Notes: generated by a model from the letters alone, not told the origin. A stretch of 62,952 bases of DNA, filler included, from Klebsormidium nitens (GCA_000708835.1; 4 parts of 4 records of this genome joined end to end with filler, not necessarily neighbours in it), one strand, 5' to 3'; shown: positions 48,017-59,964, counted from the whole stretch's first letter. Numbers and translations: made by a program.

Positions 48017-48280
48017 GCCGTATGTATCTAGATACCGAGAAATTAAAGATGCACGGCCGATGACCGCAAGAGGCTCAGATACCGAATATGCGTGTTCATC
48101 TTGCTTTCCACCGTTTTAATGCGCGTAGAAGCTTTTCATGGTTATCTGACGCGGAGAAGCTCCTAAAACCCGACATGGGGGCCTTATCACTTTTCTAGTA
48201 TCGGCCGATAACCGACTTTTGCCAGATACACGAATATGAGTGTACATAATCTCCAAAACGGTGCTTTTAAAGAGATTCAA

Positions 48281-48871
48281 TTATCTTGGAGAGAGATCTT
48301 TCGGAGACTCGTGGGCGAGACGAGCCTTGTTGGGATTTGCAAGCGACTCTAGCTCCAAGATGGGAGCATCACTCCATACCACGCTGGGCGAATAACGGAA
48401 AGATGATGGAGAGCAGGCGTTGAAACTCGCGGGACCAAACGGAGAAATCTCTTCTTGTTCGCGCAATGTGTTTTTCTGCCGTGGCTCGGTCGATCGCAAC
48501 TTGCGCGCTCGACGCCGAGCTTGGGACGCGTTCTTGAGGGCAATTCTCCAGCTCACTTTGACAGCGTAGGGGCCATTGATGTTCGACTTGTCCCAAAAAG
48601 CATGAAAGCCTTCGGCAACTAACGATCGAACCAGTGATCTGGTGATGTGACGAAGATCAAACGGTTCTGCCAAGGCACGAATGCCTCCAAGCGCAGCTAC
48701 GTCGAGCACGGTTTCGAGTAATCCAAACTCTTGGTAAGATCTGACAATTGCGGATCTAGCGGATTCCAACACTTGTCTGTCCATCTGCTGGATAGCAAAC
48801 TGGGATTGTGGCCGAAACCCGAGGATCGCATCCATTCTAAAGCCTAGATTACGTTCGATAAAAGTTGCCAC
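48281..48871 (-). CDS. Hypothetical protein upstream of the second YR
   Basis: 196-aa ORF with an ATG start, co-oriented with the YR; globular-looking N-terminal ~110 aa ending LVAEGF...YAVKVSW; no family recognised. Confidence 0.45.
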   Translation of the reverse strand: MATFIERNLGFRMDAILGFRPQSQFAIQQMDRQVLESARSAIVRSYQEFGLLETVLDVAALGGIRALAEPFDLRHITRSLVRSLVAEGFHAFWDKSNINGPYAVKVSWRIALKNASQARRRARKLRSTEPRQKNTLREQEEISPFGPASFNACSPSSFRYSPSVVWSDAPILELESLANPNKARLAHESPKDLSPR

Positions 48872-49019
48872 AAAATGACCAAGACTCTCTAATCAATGTC
48901 CCAATTCATGTGCCGCTTGTAGCGGCCTTCGAGTTGAACCTTCGTTCCAAGACATGGACTGATCCCCCCATGCTTGACCCCCCATGCCCTTTGTGTCCTA
49001 GTCCGGCCGCTTTTCAATT

Positions 49020-49635
49020 GACCATACCACGTAACATGTTTGAATATTGTAACTCATGGAGCGATTCGACAGGAGGACAGGACGGACAGGAGATTCTCGT
49101 GTCCGTGTCCCGTCTTATGCAAGTTACACCATACTAAAGGATATTCGAACATTGTGACTTATGAGGCGAATCGACATGTGGACAGGACGGACATGAGATC
49201 TTTCCGTGTCCGAGTCCCGTCTTACGCAAGTTACACCATATCTCCTAACATGTTCGAACATTGTGATTTATTGGGCGAATTGACAGCTGGACAAGACGGA
49301 CAGGAGATTGTCCTGTCCGTTGTCCCTCATTTATGTGACAGGTAGGGGCGTACCTTAGATACATACATATTCGCAAGCTCGGCCGAAATCCGGAAAAGTT
49401 CGTATTATATCTGTTATAATTTCTTTCTTCTCCGGGGAAGGGATAATAACAAATACGCAGTATAGAGTTCTCCTTGTGGGATCCAAATGCCAATATGTAT
49501 GTATGCAAGACCATACCCCGAAAAGTTGCAATATTGATGATCGACTTTTTGGAGACGAAAATATAACGGATTAGTAGTACGGAGTTTTCGTTGTGGGATC
49601 CACATGCCAATATGTATGTATGCAAGGCAATACCA
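49020..49635. repeat. Long direct repeat, copy A (3 x ~110-bp GACAGGA units plus an AT-rich block)
   Basis: Colinear with 58870-59610; shared blocks include accttagatacatacatattcgcaagctcgg and accataccccgaaaagttgcaatattg. Confidence 0.9.
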
Positions 49636-49752
49636 AAACAAATGCAACGTCTGCGGAGAACAATGATGATCCTAGTCAAATCTCACATAGTGCTATCAAT
49701 TCTAGTCGATCCTTCCAGGCTATATGCAAGTCAATGATTCCTCTCCTACTCC

Positions 49753-52700
49753 TTATTCCATCTTAACCTCTACCAACTTGAGCGCAAGGCCCTTATACCC
49801 TCGCTCCGTTATGCCGCAATACTTTACGCCGAGGCCAAGTTTGCTTGGCTTGTCCGAACCCGAGAAGCCGTGGTTGTTCATCGCCGACTTCAGGGACTTG
49901 GTGTCGAGCGAGGGGATATGGCCAACGCACTTGCTGCCCACCATCCTCTGCGGGTCGTTGTACGCCTTGAGGGCATCGCTCGTCGAGATGAAGAGGTCAT
50001 CGCCCTTGACGCAGCTGTTTTGGACGAAGTTGTCGAAGTCGTCGGCGGCCTCTTCGTAGTCCTGCAGGGCGTCCATGCTCCGCATCGGCATGGGGTACAG
50101 CTGCTGCCCGTTCTGGTACCACTTGACCGCTCCTGCGACCAGCCAAGCCCGCAACTCCTGCATGTTCTGCAAGGTGCTCAGCTTGGTGAGAAGTCGCGTG
50201 TCCACCAGCCCGTGCAGCGGGTTGGCCGGGTCGTACCCCTTCTCGTGGGGCGAGAAGTAGCGCCGCACGAAGCAAACCAGCTGAAGACGGCGCCGGAGGG
50301 CGACGGACCAGGTCTTGTCCGTCCGCGGGAGGTAGTTCGTGCAGATGATGAGCTGCAAAAAAGGTTCGAGAAGGGCGCAATCAGAATTTTGTTGGCTCAT
50401 TCCCACGAATTCGAGCATGCCACGTGCTCAAGCCAACAGATTCGAGCATGCCACGTGAGATCAAGCCCTCTTGCTGCTGACAAGAGATCGTATCATGTTG
50501 CTGCCGGATCGAAGTCATTCAATTGCAAGAGTTCGATCGCAATCCATAAGTTGGCCTCACCAGAACGGTCGAAGTGAAGGTGACGTAGTCCCGGAACAAA
50601 GGCCGAGCGGTGATGACGTCGCCGCCGGTGAGCTTCTTCATGCCGGCCTCGTTCAGCGAATCCGACCTCTCGGTCTCTTCGACCGCCGCAAGTAGCGCTC
50701 CGGCAAGCCCTGCACAAAAAGCAGAGATCTTCCGGTCAAAACACTGATGCCAATTCACGCACATTGGGCAGCCCCGAAGACAGGATCGACAGGACGAGAA
50801 TCTGCTGGCGGACAAATTTTGCATTTCCTGCCACATTCGATGAGGAACGAGGTAAAATGCTCAGGACATTGAAGTTTGCAGGACGATCCGACGGGATCGA
50901 CAAGACAGACACGAGAATCTGCCGTCAGACAAACTGTCATGCATCCCTAAGCAAATAAGATGCATCATCATTTTAAGTTTTGGGAGAGAGAGGGAGTTCT
51001 GGTGAAGTCTCACCTGCTTCGAGCGGCGAAGCGGCCCCCTTGTGGGCGGCTCGCTGCCCTTTTGAGCTCACCAAAATCTCCTTGCCAACATCCTTGAAGG
51101 CGGCGCCGAGGAGCTTGCGCAGCAGCGCGAGAAGCAGGCTCTTGCCCGCGCTGCCCTCGCCAACAAAGATCGGCAGTACCTGAGAAAGATCACGAGAGAC
51201 TTTACAAGGCTGCAGATGCTCGGCGGCCACCTTCCACGAAAGTCGTCTGCTGTGACCATCACCACAGAACGGGGAAGCGCCAAGACCTTCGACTGAATGG
51301 CTGGCAATTGATGGGCCGAAGATTCGCGATCCTCCACAGCTAAGTCTTAAAACGGCCTCATGCGGTCGTAGGGTCCTTGACGATTGAAGCAGCACGTAAT
51401 CACTCAAGTCCGTCGAACCTTTGAGCTCACGAGTAAGCATTTTAAAAACTGGTAGTACGAATCCAGTGCTACCTACAAGTTACTTCTGTAACTAAAGCAG
51501 AGTTGGTTGATAGCAGCACCTGCCTGATTGCTTGTGTGACCGGTCAGCCCGTACCCGAGCAGCACCTGGAGGTGCTCCAAAGCGGCCGGCCCATCCTCTC
51601 CGGAAACGTGCATGATGTCCTCCAAGAAGCGCACCATCTCGCTCCTTGGAACCAACGATCCAGCGCGAGGGTACGCCCAGTCGATCACCCGAGTGTTCAT
51701 GAACTGCGAACTGTTTTCGACCTGACTCCGGTGGACTTGGCCAATGCCTCCATAAACACAAACTTTCTGCCGAAGTCCCTTAACTGATCTGCGTTTTTTT
51801 GCACACGGGCACAGATCCATCCCTCACCCGAGGGTGATGCGGAAGCAGCTCGCCGGTCCGCAAGGTCGATGACGCCGTTCGCCACGGCCAAGAAGTCCTT
51901 CTGCACGTCCAACAGGGACTGGAAGCCGGGCTGATAGAAGTAGTCCTTGCACGTTCCGATGATGTTGGACATCTTCGCGTTGAAGTTGACGTTGATCAGC
52001 CTCTCCTCCCTCTCCGTCTTACGCTTCTTCCCGCCACCTGCCGGCTTCGACTTGATCGCACCCCATCCCCCGTCCTCGTCCCCTCTCGATCCGTCTGCCA
52101 CAGCGATCGAGACCCCTCCTCCCCCCCCCTCCTTTGCCTCGCGTATGTACTCGGCCTCGATCTTGGAGAGCTCCTCGCGGAGCACTCGCAGGATGCGGCC
52201 GCCGCTCTCGTCCTTCGCCCAGCTCCGACCAGTCCAGTAGTACGAGCCGGAGGAGGTGAAGGCGAACTTGAGGCCCGTCCGGACGTAGAGGCGCTCCAGG
52301 ATGACGGCGCCACCCACGTCTCCTGCAGATATGGGGAGATCGCATTAGGAGGGAGTGCAGATACGACCGAGATGAAAGTGCTTCCTAGAAGTTAGCGCCT
52401 CATTCAAGGGCCCCAAAACGGGTTTGCAGGGGCGAGAAGGCAGATGGTAAGCAATTCATTCCAAGACTGCGCGGTTGTACGCCCAGTCGTTGCTTCTGAG
52501 CTAGTCTGGCTCTCAAGATCGACGACCGTAGGCATCATGCAGATACGAACGAGAAAAAGTGTCTCTTTTAACTTCTCACATTTACAAAAAGGTGAAAAAC
52601 GGGTCTGCAGACTCCGTCAAAACGCAATGAAAAACAGGAGACTGAAATCCAAATCGCAGTTGTAGGACAGGCCTTAGAGCTGCTTCTCAAAGGAGGTCTC

Positions 52701-53221
52701 GGGAGGCAACATTCGAAGCTCACCTTTCCTAATATTCAGATTCTCTCGCAGAAACGGCAGCGGCAGCAGCTGCCGGTCGGAGTAGAGGTGGTTCCGCTCG
52801 CTGTTGAGCGGCTGACTGTCGCCGAAGGCCGCGGCGATCGGCAGGGGGAGAACGCCTAGGCTGATGTTGCCTGACTGCGCGGTGGCCTCGCAGCTCTCTG
52901 CGTAGCACACGTACGTCACCTCGACCCCCTGCCGAAGGAGCCCAAAGGCGTCGCTGCCGTGCACGCCCTCGCACGTCGCGGCGAAGTAGGGGCACGTCAC
53001 GCGCCCGCCAGGCGCGTTCCGGAACTCGTAGATGACCCCTATGCCCGTCGAGGACGGCTTGGCGCCGCAGAAGACCGAGGTGCTGTCGCCCCAGGTCGAG
53101 AGCAGCTTCTCGAGCTCGCGCACCACCTCGGTCTGGAGCTCAACGTTCGCCAGATCCGGCTCTCTGGTAGCACGGGACACCTCGGGGCTCCCCAGCTTGC
53201 AGGACCGGTGTGCCGCCGCCT
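49753..53221 (-). pseudogene. Helicase copy 3: ZnR-D5_N-SF3-wHTH with at least 5 introns; one frameshift; no Prim-Pol exon found upstream
   Basis: Introns 52323-52723, 51704-51827, 51180-51523 (GC-AG), 50710-51013 and 50353-50560 join KG|DVGGA, HHPR|FMN, TSNQ|VLPIFVGEGSAGKS (Walker A), EAG|LAGALLAAVEE (Walker B) and TVL|LIICTN; ALRRRL; +1 frameshift near 51862 (IDL/RTGELLPHH). Confidence 0.9.
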
Positions 53222-54109
53222 GTAGGGGATAATTCCTTGTTAGTAGAAAGAAGATTGCCCCTCAAAATGACTAGGGTCTGTGGCCGAAAGCCTGGGAACG
53301 AACTCGGACAACAGCTGGGCGGAAATCGGTCTGGTCACCGCTCAAAATCAGCACCTTGACTTTGGCTTAGAAGCAACTTGACCGCACCCCCACATACCAG
53401 CCCAACCGCGGGTCAAGATGGGGCAAATACCAAGGCCACGGCAAGGCCGAAACAATCTGATTCGCAGCCCAAAACACCCGACCACGGCCCCAAAATAACT
53501 TAACCACACGTCTGAAATCAGGCCCACAGCACTTAAAGAAAACCAGCGTAATCCGGCACAAGGCCGAACCACGAGCTCGAAACCAGCCTCGCAATGGATC
53601 CTCAAGCGAATCCAAACACCTAGACAAGATTCTTTTTGAGGTACTAGGGCGCAATTGGGATCCGCTTGGAAGTACCAGGCTTGATCTAGGACAACCGATC
53701 CAGTTAAGGCATCGTGAAGAAGAATCGATGCCAATTCTGGCCCACGAGTTGGCAGCAAGAGCGACTGGAGAAGTTGAACCTCTGAGTGAATGTACATGAC
53801 CAGAACGTCATCGATATTTCTGATGCCTGCTCACACATCGTTTGGAAAAACTAGATGGAGACGCACCGTTTTCACTACCTAATGCTTGAGCACATTTCAG
53901 CTGAAGTGACTTGATCGAATGTGGGATCCTTACCCCAATGGTCACGGGCCCCGAGTCGCACGACGTCTCAGCATTCGACTCTGCATCTCCGGCCCCGTCA
54001 CTCTCCATCCCGTCTGCGCGATCCTCACTGCGCATCTTCGCGCTTGGCGAGCCACCCCCCTCTGCTGCACGTGATAGGGTCGGGGTCACAAGCGGCGGCT
54101 GATAGGAGA

Positions 54110-54850
54110 AACACGTGTCCATGCTGTCCGTCCTGTCTGCCAGAGCACGAACGGCGACACGCAGGAGAATATGGCCGACGACGGGATGCTGTTCGTCCAG
54201 TCCGCCATGGAGGACAGGCCGCAAAGAGATCCGCAAAGAGATCCAGCACATGCCCCCCACTTATCCCAATGCTGAGGGGGCTTGCGCTCGACTCCGCACC
54301 ACCAAGATGCCGCATCTACTGCCTCTATCTTATGCCAATCTGTTTGATCACTAGTCGATGACCTACCTCGTTCACTGGGTCAGCGGTGTGCGCGCTTGCA
54401 CGAGGGGAGCCACCAGAGGCGTCGGCAACCTGCAGGAGAGGAGTCGGAAGTTTTGAACGGTGACAGGAGAGACACGTGTCTATGCTGTCCAACTTGTTTG
54501 CTAGAGCACAGACGGAAATATGTATGAGAGCATGAAGAAGACAAGAGAAACACGTGTCCTTGCTGTCCGTCGTGTCTGCTGCTGGAGTGAAGCGCACATG
54601 ACACAAGAGCACATGACACAAGGACTGGGGCATGCAAGATGGCCTTACTCCATCACTCTTGGGGCCTGCGCACAAAGGGGCACCACCGTCTCCGCCTATC
54701 TCCACCTCGTCCTTCTCATCGGCGGTGTGCGCGCTCGAAGGAGGCAAGCGGCCCCCCACCTCTGGAGAGCACCCTCCAGGTACCTGTGGACAGAGAGAGG
54801 GGATGACAAAATGGAACAGAAAATGACGTGTCTCTGCTGTCCCTCCTGTC
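54110..54850 (-). repeat. Four dispersed inverted copies of the GACAGGACGGACA motif
   Basis: tgtccgtcctgtc exact at 54125-54137; variants at ~54485, ~54563, ~54837, each preceded by (a/g)cacgtgtc or gacgtgtc. Confidence 0.7.
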
Positions 54851-56311
54851 TGCCACCCTCTATTTCCAGCAGGCGAAGATGGCAAAACATCACATACGCT
54901 TTGCAACACTTGAATTTGGACTTCGAGAATAAAAGGCAGCTGCATCCTACCCCACCAGATTTGCCCCACCAAATTTGCGAGAACGATGTGCGCACAAGCT
55001 AATCAACCAATTGCAAACCACGCAGGCAGTGGTTGGCTGCACATAGAGGCTTCTGCAGGCAACTCACGACGGGGGGTGCATCAAGCGGGCCTTCAAAGTC
55101 ACCCAGCTCCGTCCGATGTACGTCTTGCCCGTCGCGTTGCGTTCTGGGGGCCCTCAATGCCTCCGAACTTTGGCGATGAGCTTCAACAGCCGCTCGACCA
55201 GCCGCCCGAGCAGCCTCGTCCGCTGGGACAGGGTTCGTTTTTGCCCGTTTGCTGGAAAGCACAAGAAGAGTTCAGGTTTAAATCGGGCGATATCTGCAGC
55301 ACCGGAAATTCAACGGCTGGCTTGCTGCTTCGAAGATCTGCACAAGCTCTGTCGGGGCGCGTGTGGCCGACCGCGCATCGGTCGCGGCCGCTAGGGTTTC
55401 GTTCGACCGTTTTCGAGCACGCGCTTTTGACTCGCGGCCGCGCGTCTTACTTTAGATTCCAGTCTTTAGAAAGCTCGGTACGCTCTCGTCAGCAACGGCA
55501 ATTCGATGAACCCTAACTCAATCTAAAGAGGTGCTCTTGCCATCCGCAAGCCTCAGGGAGCAGCATCTCATTGCGGTGAGGGCACACGAGTCACCCGTGT
55601 GCCGAACATGAGAAGAACAGCGATAAGCTGAACCGACGAGCTTACCGTTTCTTCTTCTGCGCCGGTCGACGATTTCTTTCCGCCACCTTGCCCTGCTTGG
55701 CCCATCGCAGGCCGCCCGTGGCCCGGTCGGATGACTCTCCAAGGTCGTCATCCAGATTGTCTGCCTCCTGGAGATCGAGCAAAAGGTTGCCTTATGATTT
55801 GAATAGACTCCTGTTCGTGGAAAAGCGCTCGACGTCACTGGAACAATCTCATTATGAAAGGCACGACTACCGTCCGAGCGATCCTCAAAAGACTGACATG
55901 CGAGCTCAGGGCAGTGTGTGTGCTACGTGTACTTACTCTATGCCATCATGGGGAGCCAATTCAGCCATGCTGCCTGCAGTCGGGTCCAGTGCGTCTCCGC
56001 TGGCCAGTTCCGAGAGCTTGACAAGTCTCCTCCAAGTCTTCCTGCCCGAGCCTCCTTCTTCTGATGGCATCTGCACAGCCAAAGCCGACCCTTGCGACTG
56101 GTCCGTGCTGGCGTGTTGTCCATCCTCGGGGCCGTCTCTTGCCTGCGAGAGGAAGCATGCGGAGTCTGTTGGACATCGACTCTACAGTAGCTCGGCCGTT
56201 TGAGAATTGCACACAGCATCGTTCAAGGGCTTCATTAGAACTGGGTGAGGGGGGCGTTCAATCTGCGCACTGCATCCGAGTGTCCTAGAGAGGTGGGGGG
56301 AGCGAGCTTCT

Positions 56312-56950
56312 TGACCTGACAATCTGCACTTCAGGGTCTATACAATCACCTTTAAAATCTGGTGCGGATTGTCACAACCCTGATCCAGAAAGTACCCAAC
56401 GAATGCTGTCAACTTGTACCTCCACTTCCACGCAGTAACTTCTCTATTTTTCAATGCAGATTGTCGAAATTGTGGGCCTGACAATCTGCACCCATGGGTC
56501 TACACATTCAACTTTCTTAACCGATGCATATTATCAGCTTTTCGGTTCATGTCTCTTCAAAAGAATCAAAGGAGCGTCCGGCCTGGGTCCCGGCAATTTG
56601 CACCAGTGATCTGAACATATCAAGTTTCTCAACCGATGCAGATTGTCAAACCTCGCTGCATGAAGGTCAGACGAAAACAAGGGGAGCTTCAGTATGGGCC
56701 TGACAATTTGCACCGTTCGACTATACATCGAAGTCTTTCAACCAATGCAAACTGTCAGCTTCTCACAAACACCCAGGAGAGCGCGGCATGGGGCTGACGA
56801 CTCTGCACCACTGGTCTACACTAGAGCTTCTCAACCAAGGCAAATCGTGAAAACCTTGTTCCATGAATCAAAGAAGGACCAAAAGCAGCGCCCGGCATGA
56901 TGGGTCCTGACAATCTGCACCAATGATCTCCATTGGCCTCCATTTCAAGA
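56312..56950. repeat. Degenerate ~105-110-bp repeat with palindromic units
   Basis: gacaat(c/t)tgcacc....ctata/ctaca at ~56318, 56480, 56590, 56700, 56797, 56908. Confidence 0.7.
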
Positions 56951-58238
56951 TAAGCACCAGATCGTGTACACGCATGAGTCTGCATTGAGAGCGCGTCCAA
57001 ATAATGGGTAAAAACTGAGGTTGTGATCACCTGCATCCCTTCAAGGCGTTGCTTGCTGCTAGAGACCGTGCTTTGGACCGGTAGCTCCTTCGTGATGTCA
57101 CGCTCACGCTTCCTGCTTGCCGGTCGCTTGGTCGACCCTTCTTCTTCCTTAGGTGCTCTCGAGCTAGAGTAGTCTGGGCTTGAAGGCTCGGATGGTGCCA
57201 TGGTCAACCTGCAATGGAAGGCCGCGAATGACAAGTCAATGTCATTGCACTCTAAGCGCAGGCTTCTAAACATGCTTGTTTCTTCTGAAATAGCGGGCAT
57301 TAGATCAGCCCAACAGCAGCTTCAGATCAGCCCGACCTCAAGCACCAAATTCAACCGCCCCCAGCAAGCAAGACTGAGCCCCACAACGAGCGACAAATCA
57401 GCCGACAGCAAGCTCGAAATAAGCTGCAATTGGCTCCAAAATCAGCCCCCACATAAAATGCTGAATCAGCCTCCTGCCGAGCTACTCTCTACCTCAGGAT
57501 TGCCCAGTTTTTAAGTTCTCATGGAGCGCTTGCAAAACCTAGTCCTCAGCTGTTTGAGTGGGCACACTTGCAGCCCAATTTGCAGTAGCTCTATTCTTCG
57601 TGCGCCAATCCTGCAGGGGCAGTATAGAAGAAACACACTTCTCCGCATGCTTCTTACGCTCCTACCGCACCTTCAGCTCAATGACACGTTCAACGCCTGA
57701 AGAGCTTGAGCATTGTGTGCCAGCAACCTGCGCAGATGCTCCAAGCTCCAAACCAGCAAGAAACTGATTGACACAATAATAATCAAAAGTAGCGTCTCCA
57801 CCACTTTGCAATCTTCGAAATTCAGAACCAGGTGCTCCTAGCTTGGAATCTCGGCTGTCCAATCAACATCTAAAGAAAGCCGCTAGCAATTGCCACAGCA
57901 AATCAGATTACTACGGAACTTGAGCGCAACAACCAGCCGCCACCCCTTGGTTGGTTGCGCCTCAATTGCGCCAGCTTAAAGAAAACCTGTCTGGACTCTA
58001 CCAAGCTCAATTGACCTGGAACTGCATATCAGGGCCCAAAGCGGCACAAACCGCCAACGAACGAGCAGGAGTACTAGGGTAGAAGTTGCACACGACGAAG
58101 GGCTGCAAATACTTACCTGTAATTGCATGCAAGAAGGTACCAATGCGCTCCCCCTGATTTGAAGAGAGATCCTTGGAAATGCCTTTATGCTTGACCCCCT
58201 CAACTCAAGATATTCCAAGTATGCTTCTTGAAGGTTCT

Positions 58239-58459
58239 GAGCTGAAGCTGGACACATATCCTCCATGCAGAGCTGCCATGGGCTGCCACCCCTGCGCCAA
58301 TTCCTGCCACTGCCAGCTCAGCACACCCCACAGAAAACTGACCAAGCTGAGCTGGAGCTGGACACATGTCCTCCATGCAGAGCTGCCATGGGATGCCGCG
58401 CCTGCGCCAATTCCTGCCGCTGCCAACTCAGCACACCCCACAGAAAACTGACCAAGAGC
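58239..58459. repeat. 110-bp tandem duplication
   Basis: gagctg(a/g)agctggacacat...cagaaaactgaccaag at 58239 and 58349. Confidence 0.85.
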
Positions 58460-58869
58460 TGCCGCGCAGCGCCAGCTCTTGCCGATGCCTGTTTGCGCAA
58501 CCAGCGGCCAAAGCAGCTGCAGAGTGCCATGCTCTGCCGTCTCTTGCGGATGCCAGCAAGTCTGACAAGCGTGCTGCAGCTTCCCCCCCATCTTGTGCTG
58601 CAGCCAGCACATGGTGGAGACGGGATTCGCTTCGCGCACAACGCCACTGCTTGCCATTGCAGTTCAAAAAAACCTCAACTTGACGCTTGCAAGTCTTGCT
58701 AATCGAGTTCTCTACTTTAAAATGCTGGAAAGAGCACCACAAATGCGCTAAAGTGGTGGCCGTGGTTGGACTTTCTAGCTCTTTCGCTCAGAATACAATT
58801 CCTGAGGTGGAACGAGTCGACCAGACTGAAGCCTGAAGGAAAGGACGGACACTGGACTCACTGGCAGTC

Positions 58870-59610
58870 TTAGACTTAGGACTCGGGAGGATCTTGTGTC
58901 CGGGTCCCGTCTTATACTTGACCATACCTCGTAAAATGCTCGAATATTGTAATTAATGGAGCGGGTCGGAAGGAGGACCACATGATAGGAGGATCTTGTG
59001 TCCGGGTCCCGTCTTATACTTGACCATACCTCCCAAAATGTTCAAATTTTGAGCGAGTCGACAGGTGGACAGGACGGACAGGACATTCTCGTGTCCAAGT
59101 CCCCTCTTATACGTGACCATACCTCCCAAAATGTCCGATTATTGTAATTGATGGTTCGAGTCGACAGGAGGACAGGACGGACAGGAGATTCTCGTGTCCG
59201 AGTCCCGTCTTATACCTGACCATACCTCCCATATTGTTCGAATATATTGTAATTGATGGCGCGAGTCGACAGGTGGACAGGACGGACAGGAGATTGTCCC
59301 ACCGTCCGCATTTTATGTGACAGGTGGGGGCATACCTTAGATACATACATATTCGCAAGCTCGGACGCAATCCGAAAAGTTCATACTGTATCTGTTATAA
59401 ATTCTCCTTCTCCGAGGAAGGAATTATAACAGATACGAGTATAGAGTTCTCCTTTCGGGATGCATTTGCCAATATGTATGTATGTAAGACCATACCCCGA
59501 AAAGTTGCAATATTGTGATTGACTTTTTGGAGAAGAAAATATAACAGATTAGCAGTACGGAGTTTTCTCGCTCGGCTCCAATTGCTAATATGTATGTATG
59601 TATGGCCATA
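58870..59610. repeat. Long direct repeat, copy B (4-5 GACAGGA units plus an AT-rich block)
   Basis: Colinear with 49020-49635 in the same orientation, with scattered substitutions. Confidence 0.9.
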
Positions 59611-59964
59611 TGTGCTGCCCAAGAGTCACCCCCTCGCGGACAGTGCCACTTCGTCATCCCCTGCTGTACGCGAGCCCGCGCGCGCGCGGAAGGAGTTTCG
59701 CGCGGCGGCCGGCGACCGAGAAGATATTTGGGTGGCGTTCAGGCGTCGACGGCGACGATGAAGACCACCAGTAGTTAGAGTCGTAGATTTGGTGCTAGTC
59801 CCGGTTCTGCGGGATAGCGTTTGGTTGGTAGATTAGAGGTGGCGTTCCGAAGTCTTCGAAGTCGNNNNNNNNNNNNNNNNNNNNNNNNNNNNNNNNNNNN
59901 NNNNNNNNTTAATTAATTAANNNNNNNNNNNNNNNNNNNNNNNNNNNNNNNNNNNNNNNNNNNN

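Larger units (their letters stand above)
32604..59610. mobile_element. Cluster of capsid-less tyrosine-recombinase / primase-SF3-helicase elements (PLV/NCLDV-like gene content)
   Basis: 4 primase/helicase homologues, 3 YR homologues, 2 homologous small ORFs and element-specific repeat arrays; no jelly-roll capsid, A32 ATPase or pPolB ORF recognised; individual boundaries and target sites not resolved. Confidence 0.75.

Noticed and set aside
33309-53221. Interpretation as a giant endogenous viral element (NCLDV) or a canonical Polinton
   Set aside because: No polB, capsid, A32, VLTF3, RNA polymerase or RVE integrase was recognised; the content is repeated copies of one small module. Not fully excluded, because gaps remain and no HMM search was possible.
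54325-58750. Many short overlapping ORFs
   Set aside because: No coherent exon chain or motifs; mostly repeat-derived or GC-driven open frames.
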